Shown: in pieces, positions 44,901-45,804 of the stretch
How the letters are laid out: every line of letters begins with the position of its first letter
Numbering within the stretch: position 1 is the stretch's first letter
Source: Elusimicrobiota bacterium
GTDB taxonomy: Bacteria; Elusimicrobiota; Elusimicrobia; UBA1565; UBA9628
Direction of reading: 5' to 3'
NCBI GenBank assembly: GCA_028869495.1
Contig: JAGWRY010000285.1
Coordinates: 1 to 46,354 of the forward strand
DNA length: 46,354 nt
Notes under the pieces: generated by a model
Told to the model about the DNA's origin: nothing
Database searches by the model: none
Seen by the model: only the letters and a program-made list of their open reading frames with translations
Position numbers and translations under genes: made by a program

Positions 44901-45804
44901 CAGCGAGATCATGCGCGTGCAGCTCGACGGGAGCGTCAAGAACCAGCTCGACGTCATCTACCAGGCCGGCGACCCGCCGCCGTACGACGGACGCGGCCTG
45001 CGCGGATCGGCGCCGATCTCGCACACGTCGGGGGAGGTCGTCTCCGACAACGCGGCGATCCTGTTCGCCCAGTACGTGTCGGCGCTCGGCGCGACGTCGC
45101 CGCCGCAGGCGATGTTCGTCTACCGCGTGGACCCGCTCGCGCCGACGACGCCCGGACAGGCGACGCCGCTCGAGCAGGGCAAGCCGACCTACGCGGTGAA
45201 GTGGACGCCGTCGAAGCAGCCGGTCTCCGGCGTCTCGCAGTACGAGGTCCAGGAGCGCGGCGGCGACCCGAAGGACCTGGCCGCCAACGTGATCTGGCGC
45301 ACGATCAACATCATCCCGTCCCAGCTGACGACCTACAACGTCGGCGACCCGACCTACCCGGGCGAGGCGCCCCGTCCGACCGGCGACTACTTCAGCTACC
45401 GCGTCCGCGCGATGAGCGGCGCCGGCGTGCCGTCGGCCTGGTCGCCGGTGGCGCCGGCCGCCAACACCGGCCAGACCTCCTCGATCATCTCGGGCGTCAG
45501 CAACTTCCCGAACCCGTTCGACTCGCGCAAGGGCGGCAACGAGGGCCGCACGCAGATCGCCTACACGCTGAACGCCGACGCGGACGTGACGATCTCGATC
45601 TACGACGAGCTCGGCTATCTGGTCAAGACGATCGGCTGCGGGGCGGGCACGCAGGGCGGGCAGGCCGGCATGAACTTCGTGCCGTGGGACGGCCGCAACG
45701 ACGCCGGCGTCCTGGTCGCCAAGGGCGGCTACATCGCCCGCATCCGCGTGAAGTCCCCGGGCGGCGAGGCGACCGCGATCCGCAAGATCGGCGTCATCCA
45801 CTGA
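8854..45804 (+). CDS. Giant secreted repeat protein (12,316 codons): putative surface adhesin/fibre
   Basis: One uninterrupted frame with strong G/C third-position periodicity throughout. The track ORF starts at 8668, but that stretch overlaps the HEAT gene. The plausible starts are ATG 8854 (ATGA overlap with the upstream stop) or ATG 8845. The protein has a signal peptide, modular Ig-like repeats, an FN3 domain and a T9SS-type C-terminal domain. Composition is Thr/Ser/Ala/Gly/Asn/Val-rich, and cysteines occur almost only in close pairs. Confidence 0.9.
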   Translation: MSERSASSFSRRAAKAAAAALLLAAAGLLLRSRPAEATPSTVDLSVNSSYANARQVFKNDWGYWVFYNGGVNPTDFSYAFSPDGVTWTPEGTVFHTTTNNTFNETSVWYVAGTSTAYSAAGSAAADTNGRNIDPIWINKGTVNADGTISWGNEVKYTYGAAVAGRNGDIYTQQPCGVAYSNPSGGTPTLFVGTEGKQAGRNTWGAIGMSLNAGSLAYGNAASPGRGANTAGYVHLSMVPVENSGTSAQALLLFYASGSFYTYRYNTSNNSMNTEQNPLSTTIANNYNAAATMIDNPDSPGEVHIAYIDANGNLNYKRRASGGTYAGPYTLTSAGTDGTASATPVENPSIGLVKLGAAYEVYIVYQSTAGTLSYFVGPSTATSAANFTQVRDWEVDTLGSVQWPQTPQTMTVSPDPLGVAYTDASGNVSFDTIITSTYPAPTITSAYLQNPNFYLTSSTFTLVVNGTGFLNFGGTKYTHGAILQGGASQSGVSVTSTTYVSSTQILIYGTLVSPSGSYDVRVTNSDSQYAVLSSTFSVPPPTLTGLWDQDGGLVSGGIEPVIPEGVARSRQLTLVGTNFEHWSTDSASVTVSGTGISVTSTSYVSPTRFVAYLNVSTAAAAGTYGVTVVNADNQASGMVSSTFTVTAPSATLQWPLPGLGTILNNGVYYSSGVDVISGQASFTPNSGQTSLLTSQVRISSADGTVWNGAGFVNAAFGFPFPASENQWQNASAASPWQYAGWPNNATDQQDNATYSISTRALTGDQGWSVPYSSFTFRIDRSPPTAGVASPVTGGAVNSIPIVLLSASDYGIGVSTIEVNIQDVNDHAWNGTAWNATAGAQWLPVGQFATPGNPESAALPSGPYLLPTWTDGTTYYFQLRSTDGLGQFATTARYPVIYDVTAPTVTVTAPTMSVSSATPNWVNSVTAIAGTVSDNVTDTHDPRKLYVQIADLSGTFLEPDLVTTTNTAASATNGYWFIPLDNGANNSWSLNLAGAPFVLGDEYRVAVYVCDGAGNCTGGDGQNISVGDYDGSATDPPPAFIGFFKFDGNPPRSGRIFPTDSARPNAFGGPYSGSPVTSLDTLYGTAVDGVGESGVQREEYQLYDSSTNAYWFSTSLAPESSAYGHSLPGFYSLNVGQQAPWNVAGTTTTPAWQVWEATGIPWTSYVPSIEGNYFAFYSRAVDFANNFEVSPSSVGFIFDESSPTTGVSYPSALTYSQQLTTISGTSLDQPASNAGLFDLHVGIQRLSDGQWWTPGAGGSWNATRNDFAQPMAVGVSTWSFSLPLAFWTSIGQADHFSLYAWARDNVQPETFSSTPSVTNVESSTTLKLAFNYEVVPPSSTISSPVDQVWYSSTSPSDLPQVAGTANDNPAVNDAGVASMQVEIRDENTCPSCQYWNETTKSWQGTSVFNTVGFINPNWNFPMTNLTPNLTSGHVYRVRSKARDASVDVNGLPNGTYESPPDIVQSQQQTPTPYIDTHFFFWDTTPPTSISTFPANGATVNAVPDVAGTVTDGPGSFNAGIGTTYVAICQDSAGSIDYTHCLTAVSGGSWLAGPTWFQASPGPDWSLNLPSVPWSTNSFYHVIVRSTDSVNNMEVPLAAATNSSDHVRFQYTGGATSGHINSPSPTDTTFPFYTPIALTTLSGTAQGNSGVQIQLEDTDDALYYDGTNWVAVSTWVPNLPSAIVTGNWSYTFGGTWETNHNITANLRVCNALGTSCSATLDTENFVMDSSAPTITVGWPPSPYANAAEVRTASGTVVDPTAPGQSTSLNTGSVHFRIVRLKDNDEWSVPLSTFVAPPGTDLTATPLGGGLFDYTTTYMSSNLMFEDGYQYQVKLYAADKATNAGSLAGSPFRYDVSYPTATMTVPVQGQYLNSLATIAGTMADTPPNLSDSNQAASGVAQVQVLVQNLTPGSPSRNNYYDETTHGFNDFSPHWINATTYASTFTYTDANLDAALVSGSYSIAVRAIDAAGNVQYDFSTPGSSFTVRMDKDAPTIALTQPSLPAYTPAAAAAAGVQGTAADPVVGGVASGLLTGGIDVQLWYLQAGTSYYWTGSTFTATITTEPANGTTWNLTSPPTAIQYAWPGDMTFYARARAHDASVLADGTVSPSTGNVSGWTPVTSFIVDGTPPVSTMTGITDGSFIPSLSSLAGTANGVLSGLQDVQVRITTNPATGPDWNGSAYTFAGVPIWNSATAPLTNWTYSSLSGAFVDGQKYYLYSRAIDNAGNMQTTPTAYAVTIDATKPLIGISFPNGAGNPPYSNNVESVRPSTYVAGTVSDPGALASGPAQVWLAISSGTPGAAGNSWWSDATRSFSLGAQPLGAPVYSTQVYLSGNSWQYAPSQLGPALVDGVNYYVYAYAVDVAGNSTSGSPALQNFLYDVSRPTSTVSVPLNGGNYNASLTQLSGAAVETGSNPSGVYKVYVAVQHTAGGLAPLAWWNWSTQAFDPSLGATPAFPGLGWAQVASTTVSGLTTLAWSTAVPAGMLESSATYVVAPMAEDQATNQQANPTQAGAGATFRYDTQAPTATITTPSLAVQYYNASTLGQMTGAADDQLYGASGLASVQILLKLETSGAYWNGGTSGTSADWDGTGTGYTQWRTVTGLSSWTQAYPPTSTMESRRLRLWVRATDNAGNTSATPTQTQLTNNQNADGSAALDFYYDTLPPLSSVTYPPTASNFAPTTISGTAADQDAILEPSGLKTVYLRLLKSDGTYWNLFTPGWTGTGLFDNTGVSGSLNPWSYSFPGGTFQDGYKYTVNSSAIDFALNQENAYSTYTFVVDLTTPTSAVSWPSDGAYVSSATVVVAGSADDLFCDFHGAQCVPGQRSFESGILPSSVTVAIADISVSTNWWDGSAFASASPVWFAGSFAGPASSGTWTWTAPTLTTNHFYKVVSRVADAAGNLQNVVSTNSFVYDTTPPVSLATAPTGTISGISAIYGTASDAAPGKLSVVRLSIQETGGTGAAHINDYWNGSAWQASLVELSSGVVGPLISGTTYAWTMDASAVAWDDQSNYAVRARAVDAAGNVEAAHGTDDITFSLQTPPASVTLTQPPGPDGQQYGPNSAVPVTAITGTALNARPVDGIQLVLQRLTSPTSYWYDPTASWTNVSTTYTPVNVSGGNWSQSLNSPYVVDNASYSLTVTPYNTADIAGTPVTRVYYFDKTVPLAAITGPAAAPCAGADACLKSLSTIAGTATDPGSVAPTSILYSGLKYRLKDNVSGQYWNGTAFQAAAADLTTDPGAFNQVGATYNWSTSTLAGASLQDGADYTILAHAADEAGNDQLAEASMAKFTFVYDTTPPTGFMVQPSSGEVYLNLSTISGTSSDPGGTYANNKKSDVKTVFLQIYDPKNDICWNESSSQFNAPCPHFFDTASSAPWTYSNAALTPLLASGRAYTITAEAVDNAGNVQSVFGVPTSSRTLYVDKNPPLAAFAQPVDGAAYQSGALNGGSALSGTAADPEAALYPGNDALQDDQAVIWYLSGGTSYYYTGVVGSNGTKFSSNTVESASWQSLIGTDTWKMIFSGADWAPAVSGTDTRYYAKVRATDNARDVSGAIVGNTGSTFSPGTSLVSFIVDDTPPQSAVTTPAPGSFIQSLGAISGTSNSDLSGAATYYFRVWYVVAGSSYYWTGSGWGPANVQTQLPIQVTGSTGTVDWTYPGTLPGQSAPTITQPDNTTYGLAIQAQDKAGNLETPTTAQVVLDRVGPSIGISTPMAAAPDYGAARPLATLSGTTFDQPAGTQKVELNISEVSDSTILYWDGSVWNTSGPNWVVATGTNPWTYPAPTWIGNKQYHVQARATDNAGNLSPSEPIIAFVYDVNVPSTTIAVPNTPYYPLSWQGTALSGTAVDWLNNPTVEAKSGLAAVQIAITDPSGNYWNGAAFQPAPVWRYASTTTADPSSWQYPPSNPAGDVLPTWQDAQNYTVRSRAIDQTGNIESPGQSYTFTFDAQAPTTTITDPISGQYATFFALSSGTYAAEAGGLSQLLIAVQDKLGNWWNGSAWGAFNSATCWLPGTIYASSWTYTDAALKTFINDPVTNTVPKSYTFYARGIDTAGNDNRGPAQPSSGGSTLFVDFFPPTAGFSHPANGATLAGNVVPITGTASDQALDTPTGVGIQGVQLKVIQIDSLNNHNYWNGSAWVGGDQGFNIGTTLTGGAQTVMTFNNLGTAIGEAAFADGYRYQVVAQAHDLLNQFDQTYATTTFLVDLSTPSVALVIPKVSYISTNTFTFSSGTFLDPVVGGNLPSGVSKVYVQVQDLSQPPHTVYPATYWDETSGWITDGTGKDVSTATVYQSTWSFASLPPDWTRADAAGADGRVYALRVYAQDAAGNTGTVNPDVTVASTTLVFDGTPPSSQVTSPANGTSSQSLATITGTAADVLVNSSSSDVKSVFVSVQDNQPGDPYYAHYWDASLGAWSAGTTVVWNPASYVPATGVWSIGFPGIDANLVNLSHYVIQSSATDNAGNAQYPTPGYAQVQFVPPPSVVTVGTPQSLQFYNNLVGFGGTANGVTTQVNLQLSRADTGQCWSGSVSIGWVACTNVSTATQVVYPAGGNWSYPQGGTVLPDWGTINNSSPTVTVWGTNYAGINGTQVPVQFFIDRSSPTSSVSYPVAGTFVSAPPTLTGASNDPYYGTTGAGVKTVSVHLKRLDLNYYWDVVTSTWVAAAVASTATYDSVAKTWSFASSTPTLTWMNGLTYSLDVFGEDKAQGGTSGNVETPAAPITFGYDDSRPTIYVSTPPAAPLRQGQATLAVWTGTAAVTAPDYLSKVQVRVYQNGSPNLYANPTGALAFNLPDSIPGNSDLAWFGATTSNGWLNWSVSSGVPWVEGSTYTIVARSVNAAGTVSVPYSSTTIVYDDLPPQSTVASPANGAYAAAPLPTLSGATSDQPSVNPGTVIEADVRLRRLSDGQYWNGFNGWTSTPYDMGLAFVSVYPSSWAVTTGEMATIRSYLTSGTSYYATVSALDDAAGGGNREAWGSPQSSTFTYDATAPLTSVSAPLDGSFVNALSAVGGTGFDNVLVSTVQISLQDATTGKCYETLGAAFDGACPGWFAAAGSTASWSYAIPGSPWTQADQYVLSSSATDQAGNLQTAVSSAAFTYDVAAPTAAVTTPAAGFLNVTQSSVTGTEIDSPAGILSVQLALSSAAGAGGWYNGTDFSGASAVRFDTSSYVLTTPNKWSWNLPANTTDGQNYLLRVYSTDKAGNSRSQDFTFLYDATPPVASITFPTNGGALSGSVVTISGGSSDPAGPGGGASSVSTVTVSIQSLTSGQCYVAGGGFTSPCPNDIPAAGIPGSWSYTPTPNPFASGSYYAVTARATDNAGNVQSVFAVGTSSVTFNYDTAIPTVAISSPAAGAGDRENAASLAQFIGSADETVPSNLAEVDLRVRKGGSVYADPANSLNFTQLNGDLAWFVANTTTTPAWTGWSVSSGTLMSFTAGTQYDVIARARNKAGTYSTTYATNTFVYDDQAPQTGVSAPGNASYVNSLSALNGTAVDQPTGTGGVVTAVNVRFKRLSDGYYWTGIPGSWSSTQLTLDALRGVQVFTSTWSLAAGNMPQPTDLTSGDSYYVTTSGIDDVQGGGNVEAWDSPRGSTFTYDVTAPRTSIVAPAGAYLNTLPSLAGSGFDNVLLSTVALNLEDATAGQCYNPAVNSFNLACPAWFAASGSTASWSFAFPTQPWTQAHQYVLSSSATDAANNLQTAVSSAAFTYDVLAPTAAVTTPASGFLNATQANLAGTATDSPAGVGSLRVALSSAAGAGGWFDGTSFASASPVPYSTNSYTYGAPDVWGASAQQASLTDGQNYLLRVFSTDRAGNQRSQDFTFLYDATPPVASIAFPTNGGALSGSVVTISGGSNDPVGPGGGASAVSTVTVSIQSLTNGQCYVDGGGFTSPCPNYIPAGGIPSSWSYTPTPNPFASGSYYVVTARGEDNAGNVQSVFVVGTSSATFNYDTAVPTVAISSPAAVAGDRENAASLAQFIGSANETVPSNLAEVDLRVLKVSGNVYADPANSLNFTQLNGDLAWFVANTTTTPAWTGWSVTSGTLMSFQAGYQYDVIARARNKAGTYSTTYATNTFIYDDQPPQTGVSVPSNASYVNSLPALTGTAVDYPTGTGGVVTAVDVRFKRLSDGYYWTGIPGSWSSTLLTLDALRGVQVFPSTWSLNSGNMPQPTDLTSGDSYYVTTSGIDDTQGGGNVEAWGSPRGSTFTYDVTAPLTAVAAPADGSFKNSVPSVGGSGSDNVLLSTVALSLQDATAGQCYNPAVNSFNKACPYWFAAQGSTASWNYTFFPSQPWTQAHQYVLSSSGTDAAGNFQTAVASGAFTYDVLAPTAAVTTPAAGFLNASNADLAGTAVDSPAGVGGLQVALSSAAGTGGWWNGTDFSGASAVPYSTNSYTYGAPDTWGASAHLASLTDGQNYLLRVFATDRAGNQRAQDFTFLYDATPPVASITFPADGGLAKGAVTITGGSSDPAGPGGGFSGASTIAVSIESVSNGLCYVFGGGFSAPCPNFIPAGGVPSNWSFAPSPNPFTNGASYIALAQATDNAGNVQSVFAAGISSATFTYDNTVPTVQIQIPATARERSLAFLAGTAADVIPTGLQNVQLRIRDASGLSRYYDPGNGSFDLNPATQGDLAWFVANTTSTPAWTWWSVSSGAIVYNSGDVYEVDARALNKAATYSTTYSTWTGSYDVDFPTTSVSLPVAFSTISALPTLSGALGDLPSNNPGTVSNVRVRLIRLSDGKYWTGGAWSAVPSVLDNTSGVSVFASSWTLSSNLPLNNDTLGGLQNGDSYYVTTSGLDDSNPGGNAEPYDTPVYASTFTVDLVGPTAAITGPNNGAVLSSLAQINGTAADALAGISNASQVQVAIGEVSPGNGCWNGQVTGGTFTATGCPIFYPITNPGLGGTFAGGVWSMNAPPLTTQYTYRVWVRGQDNATPVGNYTAAVNVSSITFTYNTNLPTIAIASPANGAALNAPFSVSGSASDNFGVAYASVAYQEADTNLYWDPASSTFSSVTPKFIGAALAGSAPNYTFTEAAPTPAASTGRHYNVYPYVENNAHTSQVGSAITITWDTTPPASAVVTPATATYRNALTLSTGTASDPGASASGVAGTQLQIRRVSDNICWNGGAWAAACTSAASWLTPAAGTSWSVNSGLPPVNNLTSGFQDGLSYEFTSRAYDYAANTQTALTANLVHIDLSSPTVAIGLPANGSVFNSLPTITGTAADAAPGQVAFPQVSICDIVLAKCWNGSAWANSSVDLWNVSPDSSSATDGSAFIWHYDTSGIVWPNRLNGLRVDARATDAAGNYTMTSSTFSFSNVAPQSEVSYPPLGNPTYSSMTAITGTALDTVLPVTSVGIKMWYLSGGTTYYWTPATPHWQNTDPGFSTINGANGPAATVFGWSYDSVQIPDFASPGTVNYPWKDGTNDGADGHEFHIITQAIDTAGNVQTVYSTHTFVFDNVPPTSAPTAPIPNAAYNTLTTLSGTMADDVSSVTAAEVSIEDVSSNLWFDGSSFASGVEKWLPILPSNLYQSSWVFTNGALSWATQHHYIVMSSATDSVGNVQTVVDASSFTFDTDPPTSQVTNPQDLLTYTDQKILLGNSSDPYGANGSGVYPGASPTWQAGKIEVAVFRDTAPLISGGPIAYPISDNTGFYWNGSTWVAAAGGPIWVPATFNDAFGNWQYAGLVCPNPNPTNQPCWVHGDPNIVWSRVTDNAGNLQSVIQAGPRFFISGIATHFSITVSSDPSTVGNLVQVTVTALDSQNNVASSYGSTVTFAMIDGTGGPETQGSSQVPDLTHGLPSNYQFTTGVGGDNGSHTFSIILRKAGSRILRVQDASNPSLAGSINLNTLNAAAQQILLIADTNASCDGGNQKPGPGIATSPVGRIGTPAQYAAGQSFYYCAEVTDAFYNLVPSSATTIWVSDDDPNNDSLSPDHSIVFTGSTTFTWTYVTADTTPGHTLTVSSAGVSNPAASPVPIVGAAATQLMALLPGETAVPGKFAVQPYGKTGTPSPVEAGRNYLVKVFSVDPYYNVDPTVAWPVTANVNSDSNTVVPAGQTLSGGEADFTFQPVTAGTQTVQAQTTSLLGSASTYYTPNPFQVWWSTPTKLQLIVAGQTADPGLAPYTANPTTGGRSVSAPATLTAGVTTTITVNLVDDYYNVTKGTTPFATQTSSFTMPLVQLDFLNDPNIQGRGFAPSPFQRTLNAGTTGFSFFAVTRNAGLQLRVSDTGLTGTTYSTDTVTGIPVIANTPVDLLARVPGETYAEGTAAGKTGAPSVLTAGTSYTVDVRAVDLYNNLAPDGRQVKLTANDVYANVPPAQALALGQTSFSNDVLPSAATGNLVISAVDNDVITPKLTTSAVSGITVVPNLPDRMIVLLNGQSLVPGKVVAPFGVTGVPVASTAGVTFNATVYATDLRYNVVNTVNKPSILVGSDDPFAGSLGSFAMTNGAAPATNLVLRTAGTRTLTAADGGGAPSLSAGASGGFTLLPNNPTKLRVLLPTETAVGGSTGNGRTGSAYSIQAGFSFNVEVDLADTFWNLTPGATQDVTLTSDDPYATIVPTSQVVSGSATFTVTLKRAGTSHLIAQMTNPLSLPTVAADTSTAITVQPGIPTRLLTILPGESFSQGSPTGKSGTPSVQTAGANFPVTVGVVDAYFNLVPGHAVDVLLGTPTDPYAPAIATAPVNVGLGYTAPMNVTLLTAGATHYLTAHDDSGSGLADDPQSSTFTVDAAAPVGLQLVLPGETAVPGSGDYPNGGITGSVSTPTAGVPFTATINLVDKYMNVYTTLGPNPPSYLYTSDPYDIDPSTASLINGSLPLTVTLVSKSTNTILQALPEGGAPAVCTGNPPTNACLAESPAADAGPFKVYASTAVALQIILPGETQHPGKCAQPACRPLGPTEGAPGVDGAPNSYIVGSPAITATVYLVDAYFNPVSEIPPGPNQDSNPVAVMPTVQLGFPLETNVSFSTPTAAALVDGSRQFTFSPLTANVLYHLSVSTTAASASSWPTSLSNDFAVYPGVAHHLAWSNLPSTVTAGVAFSGTLSAYDQFGNVLSTGPNAYSRNVTFTQVAPSADPNQAPVFSPTDNLTFSSATDGGVKNLLSFATLKNAGTDYVHAADTLSNAVNTAVPLYSSDPPILVNPGPPDSLKVAPTNDTVVSAGSSLSPGAQAITGQVTDAFDNPITAGATVFLQVVDTTGTPGHLALDYGSGAIDVGVSTQIVADSLGQIGGTPKIYYYVSSHAGDVARVWAGTMTAPGNLSPYIATQKDITGALTTTGGPESQIVFLSSPTSAVVGIVNAGSGASYVIQRLDDFGNVTTQSQTDLKLQIVQTAVHTLKGYALGTFGTVGDYGFRDATNSQFINAVSILSGQSQAAFQYHDKMSSYSGPSPSSNTAEDGRPGYWSLQVIEGSTTVKASTQLEMDPDNVIKVDFGNARNEETAGKVLDPAGVVAVFRPQLQDEFSNPTVATQTVTVTLSTVTRSASRVNDYAAFSLSSGAFAGSRFSAPAFFATTNTVTIPLGQYQTTFYYLDTTASEQYGYAGGTKPVLGLSAPGLFSSQQPVVVDPDRIDVIAVSTGAGQQLQAGVPSSVFSLETRDDYGNPSPVLSGQDDFGLGYVEMQLQSDSSGQVQFSTTTNSLSDFVSTSAIAYLPINQSTTNFYLIDTLLTNPGSTHTVTAAGITQPGWAVASASYTVISGPPAQIGWSTPPRRLIAGTTTQYVAGVATDTVVSAQLLDQYGNVTTSTSPYVIRYTSLGDQTFAGIDPSQVIVATAPSSFWQDIYTGHLDVVIPGGAGLSKAPMYFWSRLAGGATIYAQAILGGTNVFPQISQVSQITPGPATYLTLTHPYDANNPLKVGVPGTITVSAHDLFGNIATGDPQNGNYFTDTVDFGSSGSSTTVTLLDLTHSTTYHVFLSTEAGVFPNLGVVDTYQEVLKVSATDYDNPSIYGFTNDGSRTGLPAASVDRSSGDVELAGVVVTPVDLAPESDPPPTGPIPPTKISFGVTKKVLNQGDGMTPSSPDPIPMLRLSLDIQATNPSALTANLRSLRVQSRPEGNLNNTHIAELGLWYDSNGNGVFDPPPSGDTLIATGTYDGSGSWFFGDATWGETNIDLAYPAESTLTSSPKNYFLTVRVASTGYALNELPASFGLMLPTPSNITLSPASQVGMALNNFAVQTTTSDVEREPAQINVLPTDINAWWQPTSMALSTYPYVDQGAAAVGVLKLQVWADAFSGVLSQVVVNRAGTGPDSDISRVRLYLDTQPNQITVPGDGLFEPAIDKEIGEATFPPGDTHQTTVVISSPTGVNGTITTSTNTYFLVYDIDPSANPGDTIGINLFASNIIPLSGNGQIKPFSPIASTQVPVEATPDLVVLTDWDTQGTSSTTGLGVNSVASKLVQNDKNDVVAKLTLRANSGSASWTGLKLDRWLPSTVVGGSGSYNPLDAQINKASDVDNIKVWVDQNGDGLLDVSTDAQVSPLNTIVHNFPTAPLSAPLYSTGPLTGAEVDVTGILNMFPPDNPMPSDTFNRLIINDAQTDELQKEVVYCYGVDLTNNKYTNCKRGQEGTTPRDYAAGTIISGPARIPIESLIGGTGQAIGTSKTDYFVTYDLDPLATVSNQSFLGLAIPDTSYFQIIAPKELSTQNVGLNPIGLTQSFVSNLSEYPDAVHVVSTDTIDPSVGPYLQQKSTVAVAVLNLQTNVADALMRWILVTATGTATAGGQAAPDVDQVSLWYDATNSGVFNQATDVLVGTGTFGDYQGLPLVAQINMTTPVQIVTANRATQPQRYFIAYHISPTALPTDPITQQPRTLGVAVLATSLPQNSPTTDNQYLNALSLPNYYDPTSPLPYTSKMRAIIPAPQHLQVQATPVFSSSSGTFTAPILLNAIPTETAGQIDPFWLLSSTQGLPTPALGTTDYLLINDEIVGYTGFGAAPGTITGVIRGSLNTVPAAYSSGTYVSPTISQGDTNMAVLRLKLWSTQPDDVTPGFQIELSGLDLNRTLPIGMNGDDADLTSIKIYKSNDGTYHRDPVSGQDVSDVFLGASTFGAPPEAAGRVLVPINDPGLGAPGYALITSTPTYLYVAFDVSPSAKFSHPALNPPNEVVGVNAPDPTRFHLLPATAGHQAIFVASNTVASPTFVLTPTVNTVKVQFDQLSGNYAYQNDKNVAMLRMTMNTDRNTAIVQKIRFDRIGTSGSLDSDIPVLKVWADSNGNDLFDTADSTPGAAGDYPYLLSYGNETFSTGTVTIALKKPILVTTSPAAYFVTYDISQFAAVGNGEGIQVADPSYVTVQVPNAVSFTTPTFQSNPYLAIKKVTSHVTLGVNDIAQNVVGVTQAEQNVGFLRFNLTTDIALAPWRSIRLERGGGSQDTNYPLGRNTNVKFVRVYKDINQNDTLDSADIDISEVNTTVEVAVSSATQPPFDLVVASTQGFPIDNVGNPLPGWIYVNNAELMQFSGPGCQTAFTPGVDNFTGKPCLNIVQRGAVLGSTSTPHLDVSVGAPARKVDLFDQTNDANVQTLVTLNSDQYIGPTAQTFFVAYDVGDAAVANDLINVTIRDASWLGMPAGDIVTPDLRVGVTRPNPLGTSTTSYPFVGSNVAISPITLQVSGFSAAPNGAGQGDANVPVLQLDMQTTQNFVDVAQIRLDQLGTFATSSVTYTGDGDASAVKVWLDNGDRVFSPLNDTLIGQIAVSTNGAFSNGVALVNLNVNSIPYLTVSTSPVVLFVSADIGYTDRTGGSTLNHSLGFELAKFNDLLAPNGAPLVAAPDPVLQPPIQSKTLLIAPLTVPAVSISSALPPVIVTRAQPGVPAVAVGFPAYAELSLSCNNGKDPSNPRNNICLDANKDPIPDMTKWICPDGTPWCGNPGCTITNCGGSPPLIDVNGDGRPDNFSIGESTVPNQVSLLGDGTPSTDMTGTGILDVDVNQDGIPDVVLFSPGSTKPQFRISLDPADPANLAKTAPDPGQGLAPTSWAPSASQLNFNLPMIGTSGYYQVAVGQYYDDPIGVTHKWSTVTVTGVAGLSAAAFRAKAVGAPITSATLNQLVLGVPDVTRLTQALAQDTTYFTVADASVLRLPGLVWVGSEIMRVQLDGSVKNQLDVIYQAGDPPPYDGRGLRGSAPISHTSGEVVSDNAAILFAQYVSALGATSPPQAMFVYRVDPLAPTTPGQATPLEQGKPTYAVKWTPSKQPVSGVSQYEVQERGGDPKDLAANVIWRTINIIPSQLTTYNVGDPTYPGEAPRPTGDYFSYRVRAMSGAGVPSAWSPVAPAANTGQTSSIISGVSNFPNPFDSRKGGNEGRTQIAYTLNADADVTISIYDELGYLVKTIGCGAGTQGGQAGMNFVPWDGRNDAGVLVAKGGYIARIRVKSPGGEATAIRKIGVIH
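8965..10150 (+). other. N-terminal ~390-aa beta-propeller-like head domain with one Asp-box (S-x-D-G-x-T-W)
   Basis: SPDGVTW lies at 9094-9114. Blade-like strands recur: VHIAYIDANGNLNYKR, VYIVYQSTAGTLSYFVG, LGVAYTDASGNVSFDT and LLLFYASGSFYTYRY. The fold assignment is inferred, and the boundaries are approximate. Confidence 0.4.
10165..10790 (+). repeat. Two IPT/TIG-like Ig domains
   Basis: PAPTITSAYL..FTLVVNGTGF..VSVTSTTYVSSTQILIYGTL..GSYDVRVTNSD. and PPPTLTGLW..LTLVGTNFE..ISVTSTSYVSPTRFVAYLNV..GTYGVTVVNAD.. share the typical IPT/TIG strand pattern. Boundaries are approximate. Confidence 0.55.
23350..25170 (+). repeat. Five-module super-repeat, copy 1 (607 codons)
   Basis: Starts at YDDLPPQS. 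The unit order A-B-C-D-E is repeated in phase at 25171 and 26995. Modules D-E are about 90% identical at nucleotide level (by eye) to copy 2 D-E. Modules A-C are much more diverged. Confidence 0.85.
25171..26994 (+). repeat. Five-module super-repeat, copy 2 (608 codons)
   Basis: Starts at YDDQAPQT. Modules A-C are about 85-90% identical in protein (hand count) to copy 3 A-C. Several identical runs exceed 40 nt, e.g. GTGCGCTTCAAGCGCCTGTCGGACGGCTACTACTGGACCGGCAT. Confidence 0.85.
26995..28812 (+). repeat. Five-module super-repeat, copy 3 (606 codons)
   Basis: Starts at YDDQPPQT and ends before YDVDFPTT (28813). Its D-E modules are more diverged from copies 1 and 2. Confidence 0.85.
31921..38650 (+). 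repeat. Array of about 17 invasin/Big-like modules (~120-145 aa), many opening with an L-(L/V)-P-G-E-(T/S) motif
   Basis: There is a sharp switch of repeat type at ...RFFISGIATHFSITVSS. Recurrent motifs include LLPGETAVPGK..GKTGTPSPVEAGRNYLVKVFSVDPYYN, VPGETYAEGT..GKTGAPSVLTAGTSYTVDVRAVDLYNN and ILPGESFSQGSPTGKSGTPSVQTAGANFPVTVGVVDAYFN. Later units read ..AG..F..T(L/V)SA(Y/H)D(Q/L)FGN. The module count comes from hand segmentation. Confidence 0.6.
38651..44030 (+). repeat. Eight larger (~170-290 aa) beta-sandwich-like modules with a W-x-D-x-N-G-(N/D)-G-x-(F/L)-D type loop
   Basis: Each unit has ..(V/M)L(R/K/Q)L.., then ..I..(V/L)x(L/V)(W/Y)xDxNG(N/D)GxFD.., then ..YF(L/V)xYD(I/L)... Examples are LGLWYDSNGNGVFDPP (about 38899), IKVWVDQNGDGLLDVS (about 40060), VSLWYDATNSGVFNQATD (about 40873), LKVWADSNGNDLFDTAD (about 42289) and VKVWLDNGDRVFSPLND (about 43666). 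I do not know the family name. Confidence 0.55.
44134..44472 (+). other. Six-cysteine knot followed by FG-GAP/VCBS-like D-x-(N/D)-x-D-G-x-x-D loops
   Basis: The sequence reads CNNGKDPSNPRNNICLDANKDPIPDMTKWICPDGTPWCGNPGCTITNC, then IDVNGDGRPDNF and VDVNQDGIPDVVLF. Confidence 0.45.
45133..45459 (+). other. Fibronectin type III-like domain
   Basis: P..P..YAVKWTPSKQPVSGVSQYEVQER..TTYNV..YSYRVRAMSGAGVPSAWSPV shows the typical FN3 W..(Y/F)-x-(V/I).., Y-x-(Y/F)-x-V-x-A and S-x-W-S pattern. Confidence 0.6.
45475..45801 (+). other. T9SS-type / FlgD-Ig-like C-terminal sorting domain
   Basis: NFPNPFDS..TQIAYTLNADADVTISIYDELGYLVKTI..GMNFVPWDGRNDAGVLVAKGGYIARIRV..IRKIGVIH matches the pattern I know for Por_Secre_tail/FlgD_ig domains: PNPF..I.Y.L....V.I.IYD..G..V......G.....WDG....G..V..G.Y. 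It ends exactly at the protein C-terminus. Confidence 0.75.
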